The position numbers and the translations under genes were made by a program. Positions 32,001-40,996 of a stretch of 48,636 nucleotides of DNA are shown in pieces. The stretch is from Thermococci archaeon (GTDB lineage Archaea; Methanobacteriota_B; Thermococci; Thermococcales; Thermococcaceae). Position 1 is the first letter of the stretch, and each line of letters opens with the position of its first letter. The notes below the pieces were generated by a model. It made no database searches. It was not told where the DNA came from and worked only from the letters and a program-made list of their open reading frames with translations. The stretch spans positions 1-48,636 of the forward strand of contig JAADEC010000003.1 of NCBI GenBank assembly GCA_013153595.1, given 5' to 3'.

Positions 32001-32959
32001 TAGAGCCCGTAGTAGAAACCCTTCTCGACGTCCTCGGCCGATTCATCTGTAACCTCCGACTCCTCTGCTTTCTCCTCCTCAACGGCTTCCGCACTCTTGC
32101 CCCTCTCTTTGGCCTCGACGAACTCCTTTATCCAGTCCCAGCCCTCGACGCCCATCTTGTCGATGTACTTGACGAGCTTCTTCGCCTTCTGGAGAACGCC
32201 CTCTGCGAGGACGAGAATCGCACCGCCGCGCAGGTGGTTGGTCTCCACTCCAGGGACGTCCCTGTGGGAGACCTCGACTTTATCGGTCTCTTCACCCGTT
32301 ATCTCTATCGGGATGTTCCTCATGGCGAGCCTGACCTCATCGGCCTCGGGATGGTACTGCAGCCTCGTAACGGCGCGGTGGTAGAGGTCTATCTCCTCGA
32401 CCATCCTCTCAATGTGCTTCTCGTTTGGTTTAAAGCGGTCGAGGCCGAGCTTTTTCCTCACGTAGTCGCCGACGAGGACGCTCAGGGCCTGCGCCGTTCC
32501 ACCGGAACTCCTTATCGGGCCCGCGTAGTAGAGCGCTAAGTACTCGCTGTTGTCGGCCCATGTGTTGCGCTTGATTTTAACGTCAGCGATTCCCTCGAGC
32601 GGGGCTGAGACGATTCCCTCCGTGAGTATCGCGAGGGCGGTTCTGACGGCCTGCTCAGCGTACTTCTCCTTGCTCCCGAGGTCGCCGAACTTACCCTCGA
32701 TGATCTCATCAACGACCTTGAGGGCCGCTAATTCCTTCCCGTACTCCTTGACGAGAACGCGTATCCTCTCGGCGACGCCCTTCGGACCGACGAGGCTCTC
32801 AACACGACCCGCCATGTCGGTTGCCTGAGGAACCTCCACCTCCACGGTGGGATCCCTTCCCTGGGCCCGCGCCTCTTTCGCGATCTCGTAGGCTCTGTCT
32901 ATCTCCCTCTGAAGGGACTCGAAGTAAGCCTTCATCTCGGGTGAGTAAGGTTCCTCCAT
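29078..32959 (-). CDS. polC: DNA polymerase II (PolD) large subunit DP2, intein-free
   Basis: AGPIRSSGGTA, GFRLRYGRSR, ARMGRPEKAK, KRRNCDGDED (uninterrupted), Zn-finger CxxC pairs and C-terminal LDKFF PIP-like motif. Confidence 0.98.
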   Translation of the reverse strand: MEEPYSPEMKAYFESLQREIDRAYEIAKEARAQGRDPTVEVEVPQATDMAGRVESLVGPKGVAERIRVLVKEYGKELAALKVVDEIIEGKFGDLGSKEKYAEQAVRTALAILTEGIVSAPLEGIADVKIKRNTWADNSEYLALYYAGPIRSSGGTAQALSVLVGDYVRKKLGLDRFKPNEKHIERMVEEIDLYHRAVTRLQYHPEADEVRLAMRNIPIEITGEETDKVEVSHRDVPGVETNHLRGGAILVLAEGVLQKAKKLVKYIDKMGVEGWDWIKEFVEAKERGKSAEAVEEEKAEESEVTDESAEDVEKGFYYGLYEKFRANIAPNKKYTKEIIGGRPLFAEPSTNGGFRLRYGRSRVSGFATWSVNPATMLILDEFIAIGTQMKTERPGKGCIVTPATTVEGPIVKLRDGSVIRVDDYETALRVRDRISEVLYVGDALVNFGDFVENNQTLLPANYAEEWWIQELTEAIKDLYEVELRPFSDNPREAVEEAADYLEVDADFLEALLKDPLRVKPSVEVAVHLSKVLDIPFHPYYTLYWNTLRPEEAEELQRALLNAQIEWDEFRKSKFARRVILENDPKIKRYLELLGLPHRLERTEDRSKVIAVDYPWSAALMTPLGNLTWEFKAKPFFTVVDIINENNRIKLRDRGISWIGARMGRPEKAKERKMKPPVQVLFPIGLAGGSSRDIKKAAEEGKKSKVEIAWFRCPKCGHEGPEHLCPVCGTRKELLWNCPKCGSSYTQDEAEGFGFRCPRCDVELRPYAQREIDPQDLLRASMERVGVYSVDRLKGVKGMTSGYKMAEPLEKGLLRVKNDVYVFKDGTIRFDATDAPITHFKPKEIGVSVEKLRELGYTHDFEGKPLERDDQVVELKVQDIILSYEAGRYLLKVARFVDDLLEKFYGLPRFYNAEKMEDLIGHLVIGLAPHTSAGIIGRIIGFSDVLVGYAHPYYHAAKRRNCDGDEDAVMLLLDALLNFSKYYLPEKRGGKMDAPLVVTTRLDPREVDSEVHNMDVVRYYPLEFYSATYELKSPKEIKFIERVEDRLGRPEMYEGMRFTHDTDDISLGPKMSRYKQLGDMSEKVERQLALAERIRAVDEHHVAETILNSHIIPDLRGNLRSFTRQEFRCVKCNAKYRRPPLTGKCPRCGGKIVLTVSKGAVEKYLETAKMLVTKYRVKEYTRQRICLTEKDIKTLFETVLPERQKTLLGFSADVCDRMIKERTGRIKRQKGILETVSGGGNGKKVGNVKRVKTLDLPKTEKGREREREKEGRSSGPRRGRGKGKKKDAGLDKFFK

Positions 32960-34882
32960 TCAAACCCCCTCACAGAACTGGTCAAATCTCACAACGGCCC
33001 TCAGCTTAGCGGTCTCAACGTCTATTATCGGGACCTGTGCTGGTGTTGGAACGATGTTAACCATCTTCTGGAACTCGGTCTGAGCCTGCCAGGTTCCGCT
33101 GTTGATGACGAAAACGCCGTTGTATGTCCTGTGCTCCATGACGTGAACGTGACCCGTCTGAAACAGATCAGGAACGCTCTCTATGACAAGCAGATCCTCG
33201 GGATCGGGAGCTATCGGCACCTTCTCCCCGAAGGTGGGAGCGAGGTGCCTCAGCCTCAGGAGGTCAACTGTGGTCTCGGCCGGTCTGTGGTGGCTCCGGT
33301 TCGGGATCTCGTTCACAACGTCCTCTATTCCCCTGCCGTGATATATGAGGAACTCCCTGCCGTGAAGGTCTATAACCGCGGGGTTGCTTATGATAACGAC
33401 GTTCTTAAGCCGCATGATGGGACGGGCGTAGTCCTCGTAAAATCCCGGTTGAGGCAGGGCGGTCCTGGCCGCGTCGTGGTTCCCGGGCCCTATGAATATG
33501 GTTATGTGGTCGGGAACGTTACTCAGCAGGTTGGCCAAGGCCTCGTACTGATCGAATATGTCGGGAATGGCGAGCTCGCTGTACTGACCCGGGTAGATAC
33601 CGACGCCGTCAACGGCATCACCGTCGATTATCATGTACTTGATCCTGCTGACGAGCTCGGCCTGAGAATCGTCCTCGACGTTACCGTTAAGCCACTCAAG
33701 GAACTTCTCAAAGGCGGTTTCACAGAATTTCTTGGAACCAACGTGCAGATCGCTGAGTAGGACGGCGTACACCTTCTCACCGAGGGGTTCTTTGGTCCGC
33801 CTGAACTTTGGAACATCGGGGATGTATATCCTCTCCGCGAACATCATCCTTCTGGAGTACCTGCCCTTTACGGCCACCACGGCGTCTTTCGGTATCTCCA
33901 TAACCTTTCGGTAGTCCTCCCGGTCCCTCCCTATGAACACCTTAACCCTTCCTGTCTCGTCCTCAAGCTCCAGAACGTACCCCTTGCGGCTCTCGTGCTT
34001 CTCGGTTACCATGCCCACCACGGTTACCTCTCCGCTGGGGTTTACGTAGCTGAGCTTGCCTATGTTTATAACGCCCCCCACCTCGGGGTTCTCCCGCAGT
34101 ATGCCGCGCATCTTCCGAAGCCTCGATCGAAAGTACGATCTGTACGCCTCAACGAGTATTTCCCCCTCCTTACCGTTTCCGTTTTTGGGTTTGGGCGGTG
34201 AGAGCTTGAAGTTCCGCACATCGAATTTTATGGAGTACCTGTCCTCAATCTCCGCCGCTTTAAAATGGAAGTTGGGGTTCCGGGTTATCACGAGATCCTC
34301 GTACGTTGTATAGGTTCCGCCGTTTCCGTTCCACTCAACGACGTCCTCCCCATAGCTCATCAGCTGGGACACACCGCTCTCAGCATCGGCATCCGGCTCC
34401 ATGGCGGGCTCTTCTTCGGCCTCCGCATCACTAAGGGAATAGAGCTCCTCAGAGACCGCACCTTCATCCTCTCCCGAGAACTCATCGTGCTCCGCGTCCA
34501 CAGCAGGTTCGGGTTCAATTTCAGGTTCGACGGGTTGCTCGACGGCAGTTGAAGGTTCCGCGTGTATCCCGTTCATCTCCGCGGGTTCGGGCGTCGTCGA
34601 GGCGTCAGGCATGTTTTCAGGTTCAGGGAGCGAGTTACTCGGCTCATGTGAGGTCCCGGTTGGGGCCCCGCTTGAGGTCTGCATCCCCTCCCCCGATCCT
34701 GTCACCAGCCTCAGGAACTCTTCGGCCACGTCGAGCGTTACCACGAAAGTCCCCCTTGACTTGGCGAATTTTATCAGATCAACGAGTGTGAACTCTCCGT
34801 TTTCGTACGGACCCGAGAGGAGATAGTAAGCGGCCGGAGTTATCAGGTATAGGTTGGTCAGCAAATCCTCAACAAGCCCCAT
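32960..34882 (-). CDS. polB: DNA polymerase II (PolD) small subunit DP1 (3'-5' exonuclease)
   Basis: OB fold, LSDLHVGS, GDAVDG, PGNHD, YHGRG, HLAP and GHVH phosphoesterase motifs; long acidic linker. Confidence 0.96.
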   Translation of the reverse strand: MGLVEDLLTNLYLITPAAYYLLSGPYENGEFTLVDLIKFAKSRGTFVVTLDVAEEFLRLVTGSGEGMQTSSGAPTGTSHEPSNSLPEPENMPDASTTPEPAEMNGIHAEPSTAVEQPVEPEIEPEPAVDAEHDEFSGEDEGAVSEELYSLSDAEAEEEPAMEPDADAESGVSQLMSYGEDVVEWNGNGGTYTTYEDLVITRNPNFHFKAAEIEDRYSIKFDVRNFKLSPPKPKNGNGKEGEILVEAYRSYFRSRLRKMRGILRENPEVGGVINIGKLSYVNPSGEVTVVGMVTEKHESRKGYVLELEDETGRVKVFIGRDREDYRKVMEIPKDAVVAVKGRYSRRMMFAERIYIPDVPKFRRTKEPLGEKVYAVLLSDLHVGSKKFCETAFEKFLEWLNGNVEDDSQAELVSRIKYMIIDGDAVDGVGIYPGQYSELAIPDIFDQYEALANLLSNVPDHITIFIGPGNHDAARTALPQPGFYEDYARPIMRLKNVVIISNPAVIDLHGREFLIYHGRGIEDVVNEIPNRSHHRPAETTVDLLRLRHLAPTFGEKVPIAPDPEDLLVIESVPDLFQTGHVHVMEHRTYNGVFVINSGTWQAQTEFQKMVNIVPTPAQVPIIDVETAKLRAVVRFDQFCEGV

Positions 34883-36127
34883 TCATATCAGCCTCCCCTG
34901 ACGCGATATACCGAGGGTCAGCAGAGAGCGAACCTGAGGGTCACGTCTGTAGATGTTTTTTATCCGATAGGGGGTTATGCTAAGGCGTATCTCCTTCGTC
35001 CTGCCGTACCTGCCTTTACTGACCACCTTGGCGTTCACTATACCGAGCATGTCGAGTTCGTTTATCAGATCGCTTATCCTTCTCTGGGTCAGGGGCGTCA
35101 GGTCTATATGATCGCACACGTCGGTGTAGACTGAGTAAACGTCACCTGTGTTTGCAGGCAGATCGCCGTTCTCATCCAGCAGGACTATAGCGTACAGAAG
35201 CACCTTGGAGTGAAGGGGCAGTGTCTTTATGACCTCCTCCATGGTGTCCTGCTCTATCTTCTCCTGCGCCTTTATGACGTGCCTCTCGGTGACCTTACTG
35301 GCCCCCTCACGCTCAGCTATCTCCCCCGCCACCCGGAGCAGATCGAGGGCCCTTCTCGCGTCACCGTGTTCCCTGGCCGCCAGTGCGGCACACAGGGGCA
35401 CCACGCCATCATCCAGGACTCCCTCGTAGAAGGCATCCTTAGCACGCTGGAGAAGGATGTCCCTCAGCTGATTCGCATCGTATGGAGGGAAGACAACTTC
35501 CTCCTCACTCAGACTCGAGAGCACCCTTGGATCGAGATAATCCTTAAATCGGAGATCGTTGGATATCCCGATTATGCTGACCTTCGTTCTCGATAGCTCC
35601 GAGTTTATCCTGGTGAGAGAGTACAGGACATCGTCCCCACTCTTCTTCACGAGCTTGTCTATCTCATCCAGCACTATTATCACGAAGCTTCCGCACGATT
35701 CTAAGACGTGCTTCAGCTTTGAGTATACCTCATCCGTCGGCCAGCCAACGAGAGGAACCTCAACGCCGCTTCTATCCTTGAAGTAATTAACGACGTTGGC
35801 CAGAACGCGGTACTGGGTATCCACTATCTCGCAGTTTATGTATATGACGTCAACGGGTACGTTGTACTTTAGGGAGGCCTTCTTCAGCTCATCCGTAACG
35901 AACTTTATCGTGACCGTCTTTCCGGTGCCAGTTTTTCCGTAAACGAAGACGTTGGATGGCGGCTCACCCCGCAGAACCGGCACGAGTATGTGGGCCAGTT
36001 CCTCTATCTGCCCCTTCCTGTGGGGGAGCTCTCGGGGGGTGTAGCTGTGCCTCAGCACCTCCTTGTTTCTGAATATCTTCCTCGCCTTTAAGTACCGCTC
36101 GAACAGCGAATCCAGATCGTTCACCAT
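34883..36127 (-). CDS. cdc6: ORC1-type DNA replication initiator Cdc6
   Basis: YTPRELPHR, Walker A GKTGTGKT, Walker B VLDEID, HGDARRALDLLR and winged helix GRYGRT; ATG 36127 follows RBS GTGAGGGG. Confidence 0.97.
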   Translation of the reverse strand: MVNDLDSLFERYLKARKIFRNKEVLRHSYTPRELPHRKGQIEELAHILVPVLRGEPPSNVFVYGKTGTGKTVTIKFVTDELKKASLKYNVPVDVIYINCEIVDTQYRVLANVVNYFKDRSGVEVPLVGWPTDEVYSKLKHVLESCGSFVIIVLDEIDKLVKKSGDDVLYSLTRINSELSRTKVSIIGISNDLRFKDYLDPRVLSSLSEEEVVFPPYDANQLRDILLQRAKDAFYEGVLDDGVVPLCAALAAREHGDARRALDLLRVAGEIAEREGASKVTERHVIKAQEKIEQDTMEEVIKTLPLHSKVLLYAIVLLDENGDLPANTGDVYSVYTDVCDHIDLTPLTQRRISDLINELDMLGIVNAKVVSKGRYGRTKEIRLSITPYRIKNIYRRDPQVRSLLTLGISRQGRLI

Positions 36128-36137
36128 ACCCCTCACC

Positions 36138-36158
36138 GTTCCACTGGAAATACAGGAG
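36138..36158 (+). promoter_or_regulatory. ORB element beside the cdc6 start
   Basis: GTTCCACTGGAAATACAGGAG. Confidence 0.8.
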
Positions 36159-36294
36159 CCATCGTATAACATTCAAACATTCCGTATAGTTGTCCACATT
36201 GATCTCATACGGACAGTTATTAACAGACAGATACACTGTCTTTAACCATCGATATCGTCATTATATCATCAAGTCTGCAGGGGGGACATAGGAA

Positions 36295-36316
36295 GCACTG
36301 GAAACATAGGAGGCGG
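36295..36316 (+). promoter_or_regulatory. mini-ORB element
   Basis: GCACTGGAAACATAGGAGGCGG. Confidence 0.65.
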
Positions 36317-36414
36317 AGTTTATAGCGTTTGTTGATCATCTGCTTGCCTAAAAATTCAGAGGAAACGATCCATATTGATGATCACTCATGTACATCAAGC
36401 TTTACATAGGAAAC

Positions 36415-36430
36415 CTCCAGTGGAAACGAA
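36415..36430 (+). promoter_or_regulatory. ORB core lacking a G-string
   Basis: CTCCAGTGGAAACGAA. Confidence 0.75.
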
Positions 36431-36557
36431 GCTCCCCCTTCCTTTGGAAGGAGAATGATCATGAGTGAACATTAAAATCCAGCACACTGAAGTACAAGAA
36501 TGAACATTTGAGAAAGCGAATGTGTTTACATTGAAGAACAAAATTAAGCATAGAAAA

Positions 36558-36585
36558 CCCCCAGGGAGTTGTGTTTCCACTGGAG
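36558..36585 (-). promoter_or_regulatory. full ORB with G-string (left of the unwinding element)
   Basis: Minus strand reads CTCCAGTGGAAACACAACTCCCTGGGGG. Confidence 0.9.
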
Positions 36586-36839
36586 ACGGAGTTGGGAAAA
36601 CCCACGTTACTTCCCATGTCATGCCTTCGAAAATCTCCCATTTTCTATGTGCTGATCGATATTTAATCTATTCGGTGAACATTGATCATAACTTTGAGAA
36701 TTTACTGGAATATTGATGAACATATATCTAATTATTGACGTGATTTCCTTAAAAGTCGTGAATTAACTTACGTAAAAACCGATTATGGGCTTCTTGAATA
36801 TCGCAAAACGCCACACATTCCGTCCATATCCAAAACCGC

Positions 36840-36867
36840 GTTCCACTGGAAACATAACTCTGGGGGG
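36840..36867 (+). promoter_or_regulatory. full ORB with G-string (right of the unwinding element)
   Basis: GTTCCACTGGAAACATAACTCTGGGGGG. Confidence 0.9.
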
Positions 36868-37058
36868 TTGCTTCGATAGGAATATGAGTGTTATGCTGGA
36901 TGTCGAATGCATCGAAGGAAATATCCTCTGATGGCTTTAATTTATTTTTGAGGCGATAGTAACACCTAATTCTGCGTATGCGGGGTGGATCGGATTGGGT
37001 TCTCTGACGAAAAAATATTTAACGGTGTTTCGCATTAGTCAGTTAGGGGTTGAAGCGT

Positions 37059-38117
37059 ATGGTAAGCTCTAACGATGACGTTAAAGAACTCGACGAGTTT
37101 GAGGAGCTTGAGGTCACCTCTGATAACAAGACCGGAAAGTCCAAGAGAAAGAAGGTGAAAAAACAGGCATCCAGCATTGAGGACTTACCTGGTGTCGGCC
37201 CGGCCACGGCCGAGAAGCTAAGAGAGGCCGGTTACGACACGATCGAGGCGATAGCCGTTGCCGCTCCACTGGAACTCAAGGAGATAGCAGGCATAAGCGA
37301 GGGAGCCGCGCTGAAGATAATCCAGGCCGCCAGGGAGTCCGCCAACATCGGGACGTTTATGCGGGCGGATGAGTACTACGAAAGGAGGCGGGGCATAGGC
37401 AGGGTGTCCACCGGAAGCAAGAGCCTCGACAAACTCCTTGGCGGTGGACTGGAAACGCAGGCCATAACGGAGGTGTTCGGAGAGTTCGGGTCAGGAAAGA
37501 CCCAGCTCGCTCACACCCTCGCAGTCATGGCCCAGCTGCCGCCAGAGGAGGGGGGACTCGGCGGTTCCGTAATATGGATAGACACGGAGAACACGTTCAG
37601 ACCCGAGAGGATAAGGCAGATAGCCGAGAACAGAAACCTCGATCCTGAGGAGGTCCTCAAGAACATCTACGTCGCCAGGGCCTTCAACAGCAACCATCAG
37701 ATGCTTCTCGTCGAGAAGGCGGAGGAGATAATAAAGGAAAAGGCGGAGAGTGATAAACCGGTTAAGCTCCTGATAATAGACTCCCTCATGTCCCACTTCA
37801 GGAGTGAGTACGTCGGCAGGGGAAGCCTGGCGGAGAGGCAGCAGAAGCTGGCCAAGCACCTCGCGGATCTCCACAGGTTAGCTGATCTCTACGACATAGT
37901 CGTCTTCGTGACCAACCAGGTTCAGGCCAAGCCCGACGCTTTCTTCGGCGATCCAACGAGGCCCGTCGGAGGGCACATACTGGCGCACTCGGCAACCCTC
38001 AGGGTCTACCTGAGGAAGGGCAAGGCCGGAAAGCGCGTTGCCAGGCTCATAGACAGCCCGCACCTCCCAGAGGGAGAGGCCGTGTTCAGGATAACTGAGA
38101 AGGGGGTTGAGGATTAA
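37059..38117 (+). CDS. radA: DNA repair and recombination protein RadA, intein-free
   Basis: [25 protein letters not shown] (uninterrupted), [16 protein letters not shown] and RQQKL motifs. Confidence 0.98.
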   Translation: MVSSNDDVKELDEFEELEVTSDNKTGKSKRKKVKKQASSIEDLPGVGPATAEKLREAGYDTIEAIAVAAPLELKEIAGISEGAALKIIQAARESANIGTFMRADEYYERRRGIGRVSTGSKSLDKLLGGGLETQAITEVFGEFGSGKTQLAHTLAVMAQLPPEEGGLGGSVIWIDTENTFRPERIRQIAENRNLDPEEVLKNIYVARAFNSNHQMLLVEKAEEIIKEKAESDKPVKLLIIDSLMSHFRSEYVGRGSLAERQQKLAKHLADLHRLADLYDIVVFVTNQVQAKPDAFFGDPTRPVGGHILAHSATLRVYLRKGKAGKRVARLIDSPHLPEGEAVFRITEKGVED

Positions 38118-38147
38118 CCTTTTTAACTCCCCCGCTAACCTTTCTCC

Positions 38148-38897
38148 ATGCCCAAAGTCGAGTTCAGGGAAAACCCGTCTCCAGAGGAAGTAAAGCTCTT
38201 CGTTGATTCGGCGGTCTCGTCCGAGGGTATCCTAACCATCTTCGCCCGCTGCAGGGTTCACTACGATGGGCGGGCCAAAAGCGAGCTTGGTTCGGGGGAT
38301 AGGATAATAATGGTCAAGCCGGACGGCTCGCTGCTGATCCACAAGGGGGAGAAGCGGGAGCCTGTCAACTGGCAGCCTCCCGGAAGTGTCGTCAGACTTG
38401 AGATCAGGGAGAAGCCGGTTCTGATCTCCGTCAGACGGAAGCCGCGGGAGACGCTGGAGGTCGAGCTTGACGAGGTGTACCTCGTAACGGTTTTCCATGC
38501 CGAGGACTCCGAGGAGCTGGCCCTGACAGGGAGTGAGGCCGAGATGGCCGAGCTGATATTCGAGAACCCTGGGGTTATAGAGCCCGGTTTTAGGCCCCTC
38601 CACCGTGAGAAGCCCATCAAGCACGGGATAGTGGACGTTCTCGGGGTGGATAAGGACGGAAACGTCGTCGTTCTTGAGCTCAAGCGGCGGAGGGCGGAAC
38701 TGCACGCGGTCAGCCAGCTGAAGCGCTACGTGGAGACCCTCCGAGAGGAGCACGAGAACGTTAGGGGTATACTCGTTGCCCCCTCCCTGACGTCGGGTGC
38801 TAAAAAGCTCCTCGAAAAGGAGGGCCTCGAGTTCAGGAGGCTTGAACCTCCAAAAAGAGGTAAGAAGTCCCGGGGAAGACAGCTCAGGCTCTTTTAG
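38148..38897 (+). CDS. nucS: mismatch-specific endonuclease NucS/EndoMS
   Basis: YDGRAKSEL, KPDGSLLIH, PVNWQP, VDVLG..VLELKR, QLKRY and C-terminal PIP-like QLRLF; TATA-like TTTTTAA at 38120-26. Confidence 0.95.
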   Translation: MPKVEFRENPSPEEVKLFVDSAVSSEGILTIFARCRVHYDGRAKSELGSGDRIIMVKPDGSLLIHKGEKREPVNWQPPGSVVRLEIREKPVLISVRRKPRETLEVELDEVYLVTVFHAEDSEELALTGSEAEMAELIFENPGVIEPGFRPLHREKPIKHGIVDVLGVDKDGNVVVLELKRRRAELHAVSQLKRYVETLREEHENVRGILVAPSLTSGAKKLLEKEGLEFRRLEPPKRGKKSRGRQLRLF

Positions 38898-39280
38898 CCC
38901 ATGCTCATCTCGTGCGGCATGAGCTCTCTGATCCGAACCTTCGTCACGTTTCCCTCTCTCCGGATCTCCATGATCCTTCCAAGGCCTACCAGCCTGACCT
39001 GTGCCCTGCAGACCGTTACCTCCCGCTCGTCGCTCTCTTCCCAGGGTATCCTGGTCTCCATCTCCTCCACCCTGAGGAGCTCCACCACGAGCCCCTCCGT
39101 TCCCACGTGTATGTCCTCCGCTGAGTCGTAGGTGAGGAACAGCTTTCCCCCTGCTTCGGCCCTCTCCAGTGCTTCAACGTTACGCGCGCTTCTCACCTCT
39201 ATCGTTCTGTACGGATTGTGAAGCAGCTCGTCCAGAACCCTCCGGGCGATGCCGGACAGCATGATGGCTTCTATGTCCAT
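38894..39280 (-). CDS. DUF473-like conserved archaeal protein
   Basis: LSGIARRVLDEL, RTIEVRSARN, GTEG and ESDERE motifs. Confidence 0.75.
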   Translation of the reverse strand: MDIEAIMLSGIARRVLDELLHNPYRTIEVRSARNVEALERAEAGGKLFLTYDSAEDIHVGTEGLVVELLRVEEMETRIPWEESDEREVTVCRAQVRLVGLGRIMEIRREGNVTKVRIRELMPHEMSMG

Positions 39281-39298
39281 GTTATTACCCCCACCTCA

Positions 39299-40027
39299 TC
39301 AGAGGTATATGCTCTCGTACTGTTTTTCGGCGGTTCTTCTGGCCTTCTCCATCTCCTCGTGCATCTTCCTGAGCTGCTCCTCGATTGCCCTCGCCTCCTC
39401 CACCAGCGGCTCCGTCGACAGCTCAATTCCTAAGAGCTTCTTCAGTACCTCTATGACGTTGGCCGCCGCCAGCGGGTCCGGCCTGTCCCCGAACGTCTCG
39501 CCGAGGAGGACGTAGGCGCTGAGGCCCTCACGGCCTGCCTCCCACAGCAGCCTTCCGCTCATGCCCATTATCGAACCGTACTGGAGTATCTTCACGCCGA
39601 ACTCTTTCAGCCCCTCGTTCAGCTCTTTCCTGCTCCCCACGCCCCAGACTTCCATCTTCTCCTTTCTGAAGCCTATTCCGATCCCTCCCATCGACACTAC
39701 CTTCTGAGCGTTCGTCCTCTTCAGGTAGCCAACGAGCTCCCTCACTATCTCGTTGACGAGGGTTGGGGGCACGTAGACATCCGCCACCGCCACGATTAGG
39801 TTGTCCTTTCCGTAGAAGCGGAGCGGAGGGTTGGGTTTTCCCTCCAGTATGAGTGCCATGGGCGGGATGAACGGGCTCTCGACGTAGCCTATCATCTCCA
39901 TCCCGAGTTCCTTGGCCAGGAAGTTGCCCGCTATGTGGCCGACGAGGCCTATGCCAGGGTAGCCTTCTATGAAAACGGGGTTCTCAACCTCAGGCAGAAC
40001 TATATCAACTGGTTTTCTATCCGTCAT
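39299..40027 (-). CDS. proteasome assembly chaperone (PAC2 family)
   Basis: IEGYPGIGLVGHIA, PPLRFY and LLGET..RPDPLAA motifs. Confidence 0.88.
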   Translation of the reverse strand: MTDRKPVDIVLPEVENPVFIEGYPGIGLVGHIAGNFLAKELGMEMIGYVESPFIPPMALILEGKPNPPLRFYGKDNLIVAVADVYVPPTLVNEIVRELVGYLKRTNAQKVVSMGGIGIGFRKEKMEVWGVGSRKELNEGLKEFGVKILQYGSIMGMSGRLLWEAGREGLSAYVLLGETFGDRPDPLAAANVIEVLKKLLGIELSTEPLVEEARAIEEQLRKMHEEMEKARRTAEKQYESIYL

Positions 40028-40190
40028 CTTCCCACCGTGTGCCTCTAAGGTGAAGTCTAATTAAGTTTTGCTCATGGTGCGGTGGGCGTTCTCCCCCTCC
40101 CGTGTCGTTCTCCCTACACGTGGCTCTGTACAGTACAAGGTGAGTGGGAACCCTTATATTGCCTCACGCCGTTAAATGAATGGTGATCAC

Positions 40191-40964
40191 ATGCCAAGGA
40201 TAGGGATAATCGGCGGTTCCGGGGTTTACGGCGTTTTCGAGCCCAAGGAGACGGTGAAGGTGCACACGCCCTACGGCAGGCCCTCAGCTCCAGTGGAAAT
40301 AGGCGAGGTAAACGGTGTTGAGATAGCCTTTATACCGAGGCACGGCAAGCACCACGAGTTCCCGCCGCACGAGGTTCCATACCGCGCCAACATCTGGGCG
40401 CTGAAGGAGCTCGGTGTGGAGCGCGTGATAGGGATCGCGGCTGTAGGCTCGCTCCGCGAGGAGTACAGGCCGGGCGACATAGTTCTGACGGATCAGTTCA
40501 TAGACTTCACGAAGAAGCGCGATTACACGTTCTACGACGGTCCGAAAGTTGCCCACGTGAGCATGGCCGATCCGTTCTGCCCGGAGATGCGGGAGATATT
40601 CTACGAGACTGCAAAGGAGCTCGGTTTTCCTGTTCACGAGGGGGGAACCTACGTGTGCATCGAGGGGCCGCGCTTTTCTACGAGGGCCGAGAGCTTCATG
40701 TTCAGGCAGTACGCCCACATAATCGGAATGACGCTCGTTCCGGAGGTCAACCTCGCGCGGGAGCTCGGCATGTGCTACGTGAACATAGCCACTGTTACTG
40801 ACTACGACGTCTGGGCCGAGAAGCCCGTGGACGCGCAGGAGGTGCTGAGGGTCATGGCCGAGAACAACCAGAAGGTTCAGGAGCTGCTCAGGAAGGGAAT
40901 TCCGAGGATTCCTGAGGAGAGGAAGTGCGGCTGCGCCGAGGTCGTTAAGAGCATGTTCGTGTGA
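40191..40964 (+). CDS. mtnP: S-methyl-5'-thioadenosine phosphorylase
   Basis: [47 protein letters not shown] and C-terminal CGC motifs. Confidence 0.95.
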   Translation: MPRIGIIGGSGVYGVFEPKETVKVHTPYGRPSAPVEIGEVNGVEIAFIPRHGKHHEFPPHEVPYRANIWALKELGVERVIGIAAVGSLREEYRPGDIVLTDQFIDFTKKRDYTFYDGPKVAHVSMADPFCPEMREIFYETAKELGFPVHEGGTYVCIEGPRFSTRAESFMFRQYAHIIGMTLVPEVNLARELGMCYVNIATVTDYDVWAEKPVDAQEVLRVMAENNQKVQELLRKGIPRIPEERKCGCAEVVKSMFV

Positions 40965-40996
40965 TTTTGTTTTTCAATATTTTGGGGAGGATTCAT

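Larger units (their letters stand above)
36130..36870. other. oriC: chromosomal replication origin oriC
   Basis: Non-coding region upstream of cdc6 with several TCCA(C/G)TGGAAA ORB elements and an AT-rich core between two inverted full ORBs. Confidence 0.93.

Noticed and set aside
34300-34690. Acidic Pro/Glu-rich segment in DP1 as an intein or insertion
   Set aside because: No intein terminal residues or endonuclease motifs; a variable acidic linker is normal for DP1
36395-36716. Short ORFs inside the origin
   Set aside because: They overlap ORBs and the AT-rich core and lack RBSs and host-like codon usage
36130-36870. Repeats ending in GAAA(C) as a possible CRISPR array
   Set aside because: Irregular spacing, mixed orientation and a match to the ORB consensus next to cdc6; no cas genes
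40086-40115. CGTTCTCCC direct repeat sharing GGCGTTCTCC with the candidate sRNA guide
   Set aside because: A 10-nt match in an intergenic spacer can arise by chance, and there is no evidence the complementary strand is transcribed there
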